Assembly: GCA_963796055.1 (NCBI GenBank)
Contig: CAWCKH010000004.1
Location: 320,001-384,000 of the forward strand
Source: an uncultured delta proteobacterium
GTDB taxonomy: Bacteria > Myxococcota > Myxococcia > Myxococcales > Myxococcaceae
Length of the DNA stretch: 64,000 bases
Direction of reading: 5' to 3'
In this document: one piece after another, positions 19,333-28,774 of the stretch
Position numbering within the stretch: the stretch's first letter is position 1
How the letters are laid out: each line of letters opens with the position of its first letter
The notes under the pieces: generated by a model
Database searches by the model: none
Seen by the model: only the letters and a program-made list of their open reading frames with translations
What the model was told of the DNA's origin: nothing
Position numbers and translations under genes: made by a program

Positions 19333-20508
19333 ATGCCCGCTTCATCCGTTCCCCTCTCCGAGCTGGTCCGGGTGTTCTTCCGCATCGGCTGGCTGGCGTT
19401 CGGGGGGCCGGTCGCCCAGATGGGCCTGATGCACGCCGAGTGCGTCGAGCGGCGAGGCTGGCTCGACGACGCGGAGTTCGTCCGGGCGCTGAATTTCGTC
19501 CACGTGCTGCCGGGCCCCGAGGCGTCGCAGATGGCGATCCTCATCGGCTGGCGGGTGCATCGCGTTCTCGGCGGCCTGCTGGCCGGGGTGCTGTTCATCG
19601 CGCCGGGGTTCATCACCCTGGCGGCGCTGGGGGCGATCTACGTTCGCTTCGGCTCGAGGCCAGAGCTGCTCGGGGTGCTGTCGGGATTCCGCCCGGTGGC
19701 GCTGGCGCTGCTCGCCTCGGCGATGCTCCGCCTGGGAAAGGCGGCGCTCCGGACGCCGTTCCAGCGGGTGCTGTCGGTGCTGGCCTTCGCCGCATCCGTG
19801 TTCCTGCACGTCGGCTTCGTGCCGCTGCTCCTCGGCTGTGGCGCGCTCGCGATCCTCCGCTCACGCCTGCGCGGGACCGTGGCCGCGGCGGCGCTCCTGG
19901 CGGTGGTCGGCGCCGGGCGAGCGGAGGCGGCGGGCCCCGCGCTGGAGCGGGTGCGGGACGTGTCGCTGTTCTTCCTGAAGGTCGGCCTGGTCTCGTTCGG
20001 AGGCGCCTACGCAGTTCTCCCGCTGCTGCGGGAGGGCGCAGTGCAGCAGTTCGGCTGGCTCACGGATCCGCAGATGGTCGACGCGCTGGCGCTGGGGGAG
20101 ACGACGCCGGGTCCGCTGATCAGCATCGGGGTCTTCATCGGTTACCTGGCCGGGCATCCGCTGGGGGTGGGGCTCGCCTCGGCGATGTGCGCCGGGTTCT
20201 GGCTGTTCCTTCCCTCGTTCGTCCTGGTGCTCATGGGCGCGCCGCACCTCGATCGGATCACCACCTGGCCCGGCGTGCAGCCCTTCCTGGAGGGCGTGAC
20301 GGCCGGAGTGCTGGCGCTGATGGCGGCGGTGTCGCTGGCGCTGGCAAAGGCCACGGTGTTCCACGCCGGGCAGCTCGACCGGGTGACGCTCATCCTGGGC
20401 GTGGTGGCGTTGGCGGTCCTGGTGGTCGGCGGCAAGAAGGTCAACGTCGCCTACGTCGTGCTCGCGGGCGGTGCGATCGGGCTCGTCCGCGCGCTGCTCG
20501 GCGCCTGA
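19333..20508 (+). CDS. chrA: Long-chain chromate efflux transporter
   Basis: Two CHR repeats: LAFGGP..LPGPEASQ and VSFGGAY..TTPGPL. Confidence 0.93.
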   Translation: MPASSVPLSELVRVFFRIGWLAFGGPVAQMGLMHAECVERRGWLDDAEFVRALNFVHVLPGPEASQMAILIGWRVHRVLGGLLAGVLFIAPGFITLAALGAIYVRFGSRPELLGVLSGFRPVALALLASAMLRLGKAALRTPFQRVLSVLAFAASVFLHVGFVPLLLGCGALAILRSRLRGTVAAAALLAVVGAGRAEAAGPALERVRDVSLFFLKVGLVSFGGAYAVLPLLREGAVQQFGWLTDPQMVDALALGETTPGPLISIGVFIGYLAGHPLGVGLASAMCAGFWLFLPSFVLVLMGAPHLDRITTWPGVQPFLEGVTAGVLALMAAVSLALAKATVFHAGQLDRVTLILGVVALAVLVVGGKKVNVAYVVLAGGAIGLVRALLGA

Positions 20509-20534
20509 ATCCCCTCAGGAGGCCAGACACGGCG

Positions 20535-21170
20535 TCATGCGCTCTTCCTCGCGCCGGCGGGCCGGGGAGGCTTCGGCAGCCGGGGCGGGCGCGGCCCGTG
20601 ACGGACGGCGCCGCGTACCGGTCCGTAGGGCAACTCCGTGCCACTCCGGGCGGAGCGCAGGAGCAGCCCGCCACGGCTCATGTCCCCACGGCCGACGAAG
20701 TCCACCGGGAAGAGCAGCCGGCCGTCGAAGATCTCGAGCAGGAGGTCCACGTACTTGTCGCTGGCGATGCTCCCCAGCAGGACCACCTCGGCCTCCGGGA
20801 GTCGCCGCGACAGCGCACGGGCATCACGCTCGAGCGGGCGGCGGTAGCGCAGATCGGTGAGATCCACCCGTACCCGGGCCCAGTCGTCGAGGTCCGCCGG
20901 GGTGATGCGCTGCGTGGGCTCGACGAGGCCGGCCCCGGGGGTGATCACCCAGGAGGCGCCGAACGCGCGCGCGTAGGTGAGCTTGCCCCGGAAGTAGAGA
21001 CCGCTGGTGAAGGTGAAGACGTCCCCGAGCGTGGCGCCGACCTCGGACCGGAGCTCCATGGCGAGGGGAAAGGCGGCCGCCGGACGCCGCAGCATCGACA
21101 TCCGCACCCCATCGCAGCGGGCGGGGGACAGCAAGAAGACCCGCCCGGGCGCGGGCGCGCGACGCCTCAC
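20535..21170 (-). CDS. Conserved hypothetical protein, possibly remote YaaA-like
   Basis: GTGA overlap with the DUF3037 stop; VFLLSPARCDG, SGLYFRGK, VITPGAGLV, GRGDMSRGGLLLR. Confidence 0.7.
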   Translation of the reverse strand: MRRRAPAPGRVFLLSPARCDGVRMSMLRRPAAAFPLAMELRSEVGATLGDVFTFTSGLYFRGKLTYARAFGASWVITPGAGLVEPTQRITPADLDDWARVRVDLTDLRYRRPLERDARALSRRLPEAEVVLLGSIASDKYVDLLLEIFDGRLLFPVDFVGRGDMSRGGLLLRSARSGTELPYGPVRGAVRHGPRPPRLPKPPRPAGARKSA

Positions 21171-21559
21171 GTGCCGGACTCCACGAGCGTCTTGAAGAGC
21201 CTGGCGAGCGCCGCCTCCGGTACCTCGGCCCGGCCGGCGTGCACCGGCGAGGTCTGGATGACGGTGCTCCGCGGCGCGACCAGCCAGTGGAAGCGCTCCT
21301 TGGCCGGCAGCCGCGCCAGGGGCCCTGCGTCCGGGTCTCCGGCGCAGATGCGTGGAACCGCCGCCAGGTGACTGGAGATGGCGTCCACGTCGGCCTTCGG
21401 GTCGAGCGCGCGCAGGCGCGTCACGTCCAGCGCCACGCGGGCGGCGAGGTAGTCCTGCGCCAGGCACCAGACGATGACCCCGGCGTTCAAGAACTCGCCG
21501 CGCTCGACCCGGGGCACCACCCGGACCACCGCGTAGTCAAACGCGCAGGGCGCGGGCAC
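21167..21559 (-). CDS. DUF3037 domain protein
   Basis: FDYAVVRVVPRVERGEFLNAGV, RFHWLVAPRSTVIQTSPVHAG. Confidence 0.9.
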   Translation of the reverse strand: MPAPCAFDYAVVRVVPRVERGEFLNAGVIVWCLAQDYLAARVALDVTRLRALDPKADVDAISSHLAAVPRICAGDPDAGPLARLPAKERFHWLVAPRSTVIQTSPVHAGRAEVPEAALARLFKTLVESGT

Positions 21560-22319
21560 GGTTGGCCTCCTCCTCGAACACCGTGGCGTTCGCCACCCTG
21601 CGGGACAGCCATTCCATGTACGCGTGCCGCTGGGCGGGCGCTCCTCCCAGGTAGGGATCCGCGGGGAGCCACGCCTCGGGCACATCGTCGACCAGCGCGC
21701 GGAGCAGCGACAGGGACAGCTTCGGACGGAGCCGCTCGCCCGCGGCCCGGATGTCGCCGGCGACCGGGAGCAGCACGTGGTCCTTCACCTGGGAGAAGGG
21801 GGAGGCGGCACGGGCGGGCGCCTCCGCCCAGTCGTGGTGCACATAGAGGCTCGCCCCATGGTCGATGCAGTACAGCCGCCGGTGCCACTCCAGGAGGTTC
21901 GGGTTGCGCGGGGTCCGGTCCACGTTGAGCACCAGAGCGTCGAACCAGACGACGTCCGCGGCGAGCTCCGCGGGCGGCGGGGTGGACGCGGCCGGATCGT
22001 ACCCGAGCGCGCCGGGCAGGTAGTCCACCCCGAGGTTCAGCCCCACGCTGGCCTTGAGGAGGTCGCGGATCTCGCCGTCGGGCTCGGTGCGCCCGATGTC
22101 GGCGTCCAGGGTCATCTGCACCAGCGTGGGCACCGGGAGCCCGAGCGCCCGGCCAATCTCCCCGGCGAGCAGCTCGGCCACCAGCGCCCGTGGCCCCTGC
22201 CCTGCCCCCCGGAATTTCATCACGTAGAGCCCGTCGTCGTCCGCCTCGACGATGGCGGGCAGGCTCCCGCCCTCGCGGAGGGCAGTGACGTAACGCGTGG
22301 CGGCGAGGGTGCGGAGCAC
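21537..22319 (-). CDS. HipA-like Ser/Thr kinase (HipA_2 type)
   Basis: RYVTALREGGSLP, YVMKFRGAGQG, WFDALVLNVDRTPRNPNLL, IDHGASL. Confidence 0.88.
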   Translation of the reverse strand: MLRTLAATRYVTALREGGSLPAIVEADDDGLYVMKFRGAGQGPRALVAELLAGEIGRALGLPVPTLVQMTLDADIGRTEPDGEIRDLLKASVGLNLGVDYLPGALGYDPAASTPPPAELAADVVWFDALVLNVDRTPRNPNLLEWHRRLYCIDHGASLYVHHDWAEAPARAASPFSQVKDHVLLPVAGDIRAAGERLRPKLSLSLLRALVDDVPEAWLPADPYLGGAPAQRHAYMEWLSRRVANATVFEEEANRARALRV

Positions 22320-22426
22320 GGCCGGCCCACCATAACCGGACCCGGCCCGGTTGCTGGCCGCGGGACGGACCGTTGCCCGGCGCGGGACGGGCGTTCCCCG
22401 GTCCATGGGTTAAGTCCTCTCTTGCC

Positions 22427-23125
22427 ATGATCCAGATTCGCAAGAGCAACGAGCGGGGCCACGCCAACCACGGCTGGCTCGACAGCCACCACACCTTCTC
22501 CTTCGCCGACTACGACGACCCCGACCACATGGGGTTCCGGGCGCTGCGGGTCATCAACGAGGACCGCGTGCAGCCGGGCCAGGGGTTCGGGACGCACGGC
22601 CACCGGGACATGGAGATCCTCTCCTACGTCCTCGAGGGCGGGCTGGCCCACAAGGACTCGACCGGCGGCGGCGGCATCATCCGTCCCGGGGAGGTGCAGC
22701 GGATGAGCGCCGGGAGCGGTGTCCTGCACAGCGAGTTCAATGCCTCGCGGTCCGAGCCGGTGCACTTCCTCCAGGTCTGGGTGGTCCCCGATCGCCGCGG
22801 CATCGCCCCGGGCTACGAGCAGAAGAACTTCCCGCCCGAGCAACGGCAGGGGCGGCTCCGGCTCATCGCCTCGCCCGACGCGGCCGACGGCAGCCTGACC
22901 ATCCACCAGGACGCGCGCGTGTACACCACCCTTCTCGCGAAGGGCGAGTCGGTGACCCACCCGCTGGCGCCGGGCCGGCACGCCTGGGTCCAGGTCGCTC
23001 GCGGACGGGTCCGGCTGGGTGACGTGGTGCTCTCGGCCGGGGATGGCGCGGCCATCTCGGACGAGCGGTCCCTCACCCTGACCGGCGAAGAGGCCTCCGA
23101 GGTCCTGGTCTTCGACCTCGCCTGA
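22427..23125 (+). CDS. Pirin family protein (YhhW-like)
   Basis: RGHANHGWLDSHHTFSFA, LRVINED, HGHRDMEI, MSAGSGVLHSEFN. Confidence 0.94.
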   Translation: MIQIRKSNERGHANHGWLDSHHTFSFADYDDPDHMGFRALRVINEDRVQPGQGFGTHGHRDMEILSYVLEGGLAHKDSTGGGGIIRPGEVQRMSAGSGVLHSEFNASRSEPVHFLQVWVVPDRRGIAPGYEQKNFPPEQRQGRLRLIASPDAADGSLTIHQDARVYTTLLAKGESVTHPLAPGRHAWVQVARGRVRLGDVVLSAGDGAAISDERSLTLTGEEASEVLVFDLA

Positions 23126-23230
23126 CCCCCGGGCCCCGGGCGGCGGGAACTCCGTCCGGGACTCGACGATGGGCAGCCCGGTCGCCCCGGGCGATTTTGC
23201 GCCTGGCGGCCGGGCGACCCACCTTCGCCT

Positions 23231-24409
23231 GTGGGCGTGGGTGAGCGCATCAGCGGTGGGTCGACGGGGGACCGGTGGCCGGGGCGTGCGCTCCGGTCAC
23301 TGTTCGTCCCCGCGCCGGGGACGTTCCCGTCGCTGGATGCGCTTCGCACCGCGGCCATCGTCCTGGTCATCGGAAACCACCTGGCGGTCGGCGGCTCCGA
23401 GCTGACGCCGTCGCCGGTGTGGAGCTTCACCCTCTTCCGCTACGGCTGGACCGGAGTGGACCTGTTCTTCGTCCTGTCCGGATTTCTGATCGGACGGCAG
23501 CTCCAGCGCGAGCTTCAACGGACCGGCGCGGTGAACGTTCCGCGGTTCCTGCTGCGGCGGGGGCTTCGGATCTGGCCGCTGTACTTCACCTGGGTCGCGT
23601 TCCTCGCGCTCGCGCTGGGGAAGTGGCGAGGCCTGTGGCCGGACCTGGTCTTCCTCTCCAATTACGTGCAGGGCCAGGTGAGCGGCGGATGGTCGCTGTC
23701 GACCGAGGAGCAGTTCTACCTGGTGGTCCCGCTGCTGCTGCTCGGGGTTCAGCGGGTGTTCGGTCCACGCGGGCAGGCGTGGGTGCCCCTGGTGCTGCTG
23801 GCGCTGATGCCGGTGGTGCGGGCGCTGGCGCTCCACGGGACGGGGGAGGCCGGATTCGACCGGATCTACGGGCCGATTCACACCCACTGCGACGGGCTGC
23901 TCGTGGGTCTGTTCCTCGCCTGGGTGTCGCTGAAGCGCCCGGCGGCGCTGTCCCCCGAGCATCCGCATCCCTGGCGCTGGCCGCTGGTGGCCATTCTCGC
24001 CGGATTCGTTCTCCGGGAGGTCGATCGACCGCTCTTCAGCTTCAGCGGGCTCGGGCTCATCTATGGCGGGTGCGTGACGCTCGGCCTGCGCGCCGGTCCG
24101 CGGGTCCGGCAGCTGACCGCCTGGCGCGGCTTCCACGTCCTGTCCCGACTGTCGTTCGGGATGTACCTGAACCACTTCGAGGTGCTGCCCAGGGTGCTGC
24201 CCGGGATGACCCGGGCGCTGGTCCCGGTGCTCGGCTCGGGGCCTCTGCTCGCCGCCGTCGCCTTTCTGGTCGCGGTGCTGTCGTCGGCGCTGGTGGCGTC
24301 GGTCACCTTCGTGCTCATCGAGGATCCGTTCCTCGCGCTCCGGGAGCGGTGGGAGGCCCGGTACAGGCCAGTCAGGCCCGTGGAGCCCGTGCTGCGGCGG
24401 GTGAGCTGA
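23231..24409 (+). CDS. Acyltransferase family 3 (OafA-like O-acyltransferase)
   Basis: LDALRTAAIVLV, GVDLFFVLSGFLI, RRGLRIWPLY, WSLSTEEQFY; start uncertain. Confidence 0.9.
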   Translation: MGVGERISGGSTGDRWPGRALRSLFVPAPGTFPSLDALRTAAIVLVIGNHLAVGGSELTPSPVWSFTLFRYGWTGVDLFFVLSGFLIGRQLQRELQRTGAVNVPRFLLRRGLRIWPLYFTWVAFLALALGKWRGLWPDLVFLSNYVQGQVSGGWSLSTEEQFYLVVPLLLLGVQRVFGPRGQAWVPLVLLALMPVVRALALHGTGEAGFDRIYGPIHTHCDGLLVGLFLAWVSLKRPAALSPEHPHPWRWPLVAILAGFVLREVDRPLFSFSGLGLIYGGCVTLGLRAGPRVRQLTAWRGFHVLSRLSFGMYLNHFEVLPRVLPGMTRALVPVLGSGPLLAAVAFLVAVLSSALVASVTFVLIEDPFLALRERWEARYRPVRPVEPVLRRVS

Positions 24410-24443
24410 TCGGCGTCGACCGGACCGCTACACTCCGAGGCCG

Positions 24444-24641
24444 GTGAGCTCCGTGACCCGCCTCCGCAGACTCGTCCTGCTCACCCTCCTCGTGCTCCTG
24501 CTCGCCACGGCCGCACCTGGCAGCGCCGGTCCGGCCAGGCCGAGGCAGGGGGACGGCGCGCTTCCGGACGCGGGTCCCCTGCCCTACATCGGCACCTGCT
24601 CGGCCGAGGGCCCCCTGGCGGCGGTGCGCGCGCCGAATTAG
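24444..24641 (+). CDS. Small putative secreted peptide
   Basis: RLRR plus hydrophobic signal-like stretch; TACACT 9 nt before the GTG; LPDAG motif. Confidence 0.4.
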   Translation: MSSVTRLRRLVLLTLLVLLLATAAPGSAGPARPRQGDGALPDAGPLPYIGTCSAEGPLAAVRAPN

Positions 24642-24655
24642 AGGAGGGGGTCGCC

Positions 24656-25624
24656 GTGACCGAACCCCAGCTCTCCAGCGCCCGCCCCGGCCCGAACGAC
24701 CCCTGCTGGTGCAGGAGCGGGCTCAAGTACAAGAAGTGCCACCGCGAGGCCGACGCCCGCTCGGGGGCGCCCGCTCCCCGGCTGCGCCGGGTCAAGCCGG
24801 GCCGGATCTCCCCGATGCGCACCGTGCCGCCCGAGATTCCCCGGCCGGACTACGTGCCGTCGGGCCGCCCGGGACGCGGCCTCCGCGGAGATCCCGCCAC
24901 CCGGCTGGACCGCATGCGCCGCGCCTGCCAGGCCGCCGCCCAGGTGTTGCAAGAGACCGGCGCCCGGGTGGCGCCCGGCGTCACCACCGACGCGCTCGAC
25001 GCCATCGCCCACGCCGCGTACATCGCCCGGGGCGGCTACCCGAGCACGCTCGGGTACCACGGCTTCCAGAAGAGCATGTGCACCAGCGTCAACGAGGTAG
25101 TGGTGCACGGCATCCCGGACGATCGCCCGCTCGAGGCCGGGGACATCGTCAACTGCGACGTCACCATCTATCTCGAGGGCATGCACGGCGACTGCTCGGC
25201 CACCTTCCCGGTCGGAGAGGTGGACGAGGCGGCGAAGAAGCTGCTCCGGGTCACCGAGGAGGCCCTGATGAAGGGCATCGAGGCGGTGAAGCCCGGGCGC
25301 CAGGTGCGTACCATCGGCCAGGCCATCGCCGCCCACGCCGCGGCGAACGGGCTGGGCGTGGTCCGCAACTACTGCGGCCACGGCATCGGGGAAATCTTCC
25401 ACACCGAGCTGCAGGTTCCCCACTTCGACGACCCGGGCGCGACCACCGTCCTCGAGGAGGGGATGATCTTCACCATCGAGCCCATGCTCACCGAGGGGAG
25501 CTGGGGCGTGAAGCACTGGAACGATGGCTGGACCGCGGTCACTGCCGACGGTCTCCGCTCCGCCCAGATGGAGCACACCATCCTCGTGACCCGCGACGGG
25601 GCGGAGATCCTCACGCTGCCCTGA
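24656..25624 (+). CDS. map: Type I methionine aminopeptidase with N-terminal SEC-C motif
   Basis: PNDPCWCRSGLKYKKCH; CTSVNEVVVHGIP, GHGIG..FH, FTIEPML, SAQMEHT; GAGGAGG RBS. Confidence 0.95.
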   Translation: MTEPQLSSARPGPNDPCWCRSGLKYKKCHREADARSGAPAPRLRRVKPGRISPMRTVPPEIPRPDYVPSGRPGRGLRGDPATRLDRMRRACQAAAQVLQETGARVAPGVTTDALDAIAHAAYIARGGYPSTLGYHGFQKSMCTSVNEVVVHGIPDDRPLEAGDIVNCDVTIYLEGMHGDCSATFPVGEVDEAAKKLLRVTEEALMKGIEAVKPGRQVRTIGQAIAAHAAANGLGVVRNYCGHGIGEIFHTELQVPHFDDPGATTVLEEGMIFTIEPMLTEGSWGVKHWNDGWTAVTADGLRSAQMEHTILVTRDGAEILTLP

Positions 25625-25716
25625 CCGACCGGTCGGCGGGACGGGGGGTGGCCTACGTCACGCCGCACCGGTATATGGCCGCGCCGGGGATGGTGCTGGC
25701 GCCCCGAGGAGAGCCG

Positions 25717-26781
25717 ATGCCGTACGACATCCAGGTGAAGCGCACCACCACGCCGAGGCCCCGGCCGCCCGCCGGTGACCTCGGCTTCGGGCGCTTCTAC
25801 AGCGACCACCTCTTCCTCGCGGAGCACGACGGCCGCGGCTGGCACTCCCCCCGGATCGTCCCCTACGGGCCGCTGCCGCTGGACCCGGCGGCCAGCGCGC
25901 TGCAGTACGGCCAGGCCATGTTCGAGGGGATGAAGGCGGTGGCCGGAGATCGTGGCCCGCTGCTGTTCCGTCCCCAGATGCACGCCCGCCGGATGAACGC
26001 CTCCGCGGCGCGGCTGTGCATGCCGGAGATTCCCGAGGACTTCTTCCTCGCCGCGCTCCGCTCGGTGGTGCACGAGGACGCCTCCTGGGTTCCGACCGAG
26101 CCCGGCGCGTCGCTCTACGTCCGGCCGACGATGATCGGCTCGGAGGCCTACCTCGGAGTGCGCCCGTCGAAGAAGTACCTGTTCTACGTGCTCACCTCGC
26201 CGGTGGGGAACTACTTCGGGCCTCGCCCGGCGCCACTGAGGCTGTGGGTGGAGACCGAGCACGTTCGCGCGGCGCGCGGTGGGATCGGCGCGGCCAAGGC
26301 CGGGGCCAACTACGTCGCCGGCATGGCCGCCGCCGAGCGGGCCAAGAAGCAGGGCTTCCACCAGGTCCTCTGGCTCGACCAGACCCACCGCCAGGTCGAG
26401 GAAGCCGGGACGATGAACGTCTTCTTCCGCATCGGCGACACGGTGGTGACGCCCCCGCTGGAGGACTCGCTGCTGGCCGGAGTGACGCGCGACTCGGTGC
26501 TGACCCTGCTGCGGGAGTGGAAGGTGAAGGTGGAGGAGCGGCCGGTGGAGATCGCCGAGCTGGCCCAGCACTCTGAGCGCGGGCAGCTCAAGGAGGCCTT
26601 CGGCACCGGTACCGCGGCCACCATCTCCGCCATCGGCGAGCTGCAGTGGGGCAACAGGACGATGCGGCTCGGGGACTCCCGCGGGGAGATCGCCGAGCGC
26701 CTCTACCGGGCGATGATGGACCTCTTCGGCTCGCGCCGTCCGGACCCACGCGGCTGGCTGGTCCCGGTGGAGCCCTCGTAG
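25717..26781 (+). CDS. ilvE: Branched-chain amino acid aminotransferase
   Basis: LQYGQAMFEGMKA, LYVRP, AKAGANY, EEAGTMN, LAGVTRDS, FGTGTAA. Confidence 0.94.
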   Translation: MPYDIQVKRTTTPRPRPPAGDLGFGRFYSDHLFLAEHDGRGWHSPRIVPYGPLPLDPAASALQYGQAMFEGMKAVAGDRGPLLFRPQMHARRMNASAARLCMPEIPEDFFLAALRSVVHEDASWVPTEPGASLYVRPTMIGSEAYLGVRPSKKYLFYVLTSPVGNYFGPRPAPLRLWVETEHVRAARGGIGAAKAGANYVAGMAAAERAKKQGFHQVLWLDQTHRQVEEAGTMNVFFRIGDTVVTPPLEDSLLAGVTRDSVLTLLREWKVKVEERPVEIAELAQHSERGQLKEAFGTGTAATISAIGELQWGNRTMRLGDSRGEIAERLYRAMMDLFGSRRPDPRGWLVPVEPS

Positions 26782-26900
26782 AGGTCCATCCGGGCGAGCG
26801 GCGGCGCATAGAGGTACACGCTCACCGCCCGGACCCGTCCGGCGTGCTCGACGTGGTGGATGGTGTGCGGCTGCTGGGCGCCGATGGAAGCGCGGTTCCG
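26775..26900 (-). pseudogene. C-terminal remnant of a cysteine dioxygenase-like cupin
   Basis: Reads QQPHTIHHVEHAGRVRAVSVYLYAPPLARMDLYE right after an in-frame TAG; resembles the CDO C-terminal IHxVxN..AVSLHxYxPPL motif. Confidence 0.55.
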
Positions 26901-26917
26901 CTAGGGTCGTGCAACGC

Positions 26918-28240
26918 ATGACGGACGGGGTGGTCATCGTCGGCGGGGGTGCGAGCGGCACGCTCACCGCGCTGGCGCTCGCCCGCGTCGCGGCGCCGGG
27001 CGCGGTGACCCTGGTGGACACCGGCGGCGCGTTCGCCCGTGGGGTGGCGTACTCCACCGACGAGCCGGTGCACCTGCTCAACGTGCCCGCGGGCCGGATG
27101 AGCGCGTTCCCGGATCAGCCGTCGCACCTCCTCCACTGGCTCGCTGCCCGCGGGGAGCCGGCCGACCCGGAGGCCTTCATCGAGCGGCGGGTCTACGGCG
27201 CGTACCTCGGGGAGCTGCTGGATGGCACCGGCACCGGGGTGCGCCGGGTGGTCGACCGGGCGATCTGCGTCGCCGCCGAGGGCAAGGGCCTTCGTATCCT
27301 GCTCTCGCGCGGTCCGGCGCTTGCGGCGCGCGCGGCGGTGCTGGCGCTGGGGAACTTCCCCCCCGAGCTGCCGCCGGGCTGGAGCGCGCTGCCCCCCCGG
27401 CTGGCCTGGCGCTCACCCTGGGCTCCGCCGGGGGACTGGCCAGCGCCGCAGGCCGAGGTGCTCCTGCTCGGAGCGGGGCTCACCGCGGTGGACGTGGTGC
27501 TCTCGCTCCATACCCGCGGCCACCGCGGGCGCATCCACCTCCTGTCCCGACACGGGCTCGCTCCGCTCACGCATCCGCCCCAGACGTTCGCGCCGCTGCC
27601 GCTCGGGCCGAGGCCCACCGCGCTGCGCGCGCTGCTCCGGATGTTCCGCGCGCTCGCCCGCCGGGAGGACCCGCGTGCGGTGATGGACACGCTCCGGCCC
27701 GAGCTGGGGGCGCTCTGGCACGGGCTCTCCAGCTCCGAGCAGCGGCGGTTCCTCCGCCACCTCCGGGCCTGGTTCGACATCCTCCGGCACCGGGTGGCGC
27801 CCCAGGTGGGCGCGCGCATTGCGTCCATCGAGGCCGAGGGCCGCCTGGTCCGTCATGCGGGCCGGGTGGTGTCCATCGCCGAGCAGGACGGAAGGGTGGC
27901 CGTGCGCTACCGGCCGCGGGGGGCGCGGACGCTCGCAGTGCTCGCGGTGGACCTGGCCATTCCCACCACCGGCCCGGTCATGGACGTGCGCGCCGTGGAC
28001 GACCCGCTGCTGCGGTCGCTGCTCGCCACGGGGCAGGCACGGCCCGGACCGCACGGGCTCGGCTTCGCCACCGCACCGGATGGCGCGGTGCTCGGGCCGC
28101 TCGAGGATCATCTCTGGACGCTGGGCGGGCTGCGGCGCGGCGACCTGTGGGAGTCCACGGCCATCCCGGAGATCCGCGTGCAGGCGCGCACGCTCGGCGA
28201 GCTGCTCGCCGCCAGGCTCAGGACGGCAGGTGCTGGATGA
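26918..28240 (+). CDS. FAD/NAD(P)-binding protein (YdhS-like)
   Basis: IVGGGASG, RGVAYST..HLLNVPAGRMS, GAGLTAVD, LSRHGL, LWESTAIPEIR. Confidence 0.9.
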   Translation: MTDGVVIVGGGASGTLTALALARVAAPGAVTLVDTGGAFARGVAYSTDEPVHLLNVPAGRMSAFPDQPSHLLHWLAARGEPADPEAFIERRVYGAYLGELLDGTGTGVRRVVDRAICVAAEGKGLRILLSRGPALAARAAVLALGNFPPELPPGWSALPPRLAWRSPWAPPGDWPAPQAEVLLLGAGLTAVDVVLSLHTRGHRGRIHLLSRHGLAPLTHPPQTFAPLPLGPRPTALRALLRMFRALARREDPRAVMDTLRPELGALWHGLSSSEQRRFLRHLRAWFDILRHRVAPQVGARIASIEAEGRLVRHAGRVVSIAEQDGRVAVRYRPRGARTLAVLAVDLAIPTTGPVMDVRAVDDPLLRSLLATGQARPGPHGLGFATAPDGAVLGPLEDHLWTLGGLRRGDLWESTAIPEIRVQARTLGELLAARLRTAGAG

Positions 28241-28337
28241 GGCCCCAGACCAGCGCGGTGCTGAGCGCATCGAAGGCGAGCGCGACCAGCAGCGCCACCA
28301 GGGCGACGTCCAGAGCGGGAGAGCGATTGTCCGACAT
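28218..28337 (-). CDS. Possible 39-aa single-pass membrane peptide
   Basis: MSDNRSPALDVALVALLVALAFDALSTALVWGLIQHLPS; GAGGTG upstream. Confidence 0.35.
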   Translation of the reverse strand: MSDNRSPALDVALVALLVALAFDALSTALVWGLIQHLPS

Positions 28338-28774
28338 CACGACACCTCGAGACGCATGCCTGGCCCCGGACCGTTGCAAGCCCGGATCCACCGGCGAGCC
28401 CGAGCAATTCCGGCCAGCTGCTCGCATGCGACACCTCGTCCTGAGGACGTCCTTGCACCCGTTGCATTGCACGGACTGACACGGGCGCCCTCGTCCGGTC
28501 GAACCCGCGACCTGGACGCAGGTTGCGCGACGGGCGCCGGCGTGACACCCGCTGGGGCGGTTGCTAGCCGGGCCGGTTCGCTTCACGGAGAGCGTGGGGG
28601 GCCGCCAGCCGCAATCGTGTGTCGGCTGGAACATCCGGCCTGACTCTCGTGACTTGCGGACTGCCGGCGCGCGGCTCACCGGCCAGGCCGCACTGCGTCA
28701 CGTACGCGTCACCGGAGTGTCACCCGCCCAGCCCGGGTCCGGGACCATCTTCCGGCGCTCCTTTGGAGGTTTGC

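Noticed and set aside
16623..23125. Two pirin genes as a recent duplication
   Set aside because: They are clearly different subfamilies with little similarity; co-occurrence is common
24709..25716. Long N-terminal extension of IlvE
   Set aside because: An Arg-rich alternative frame over map; the real start at 25717 has a GAGGAG RBS
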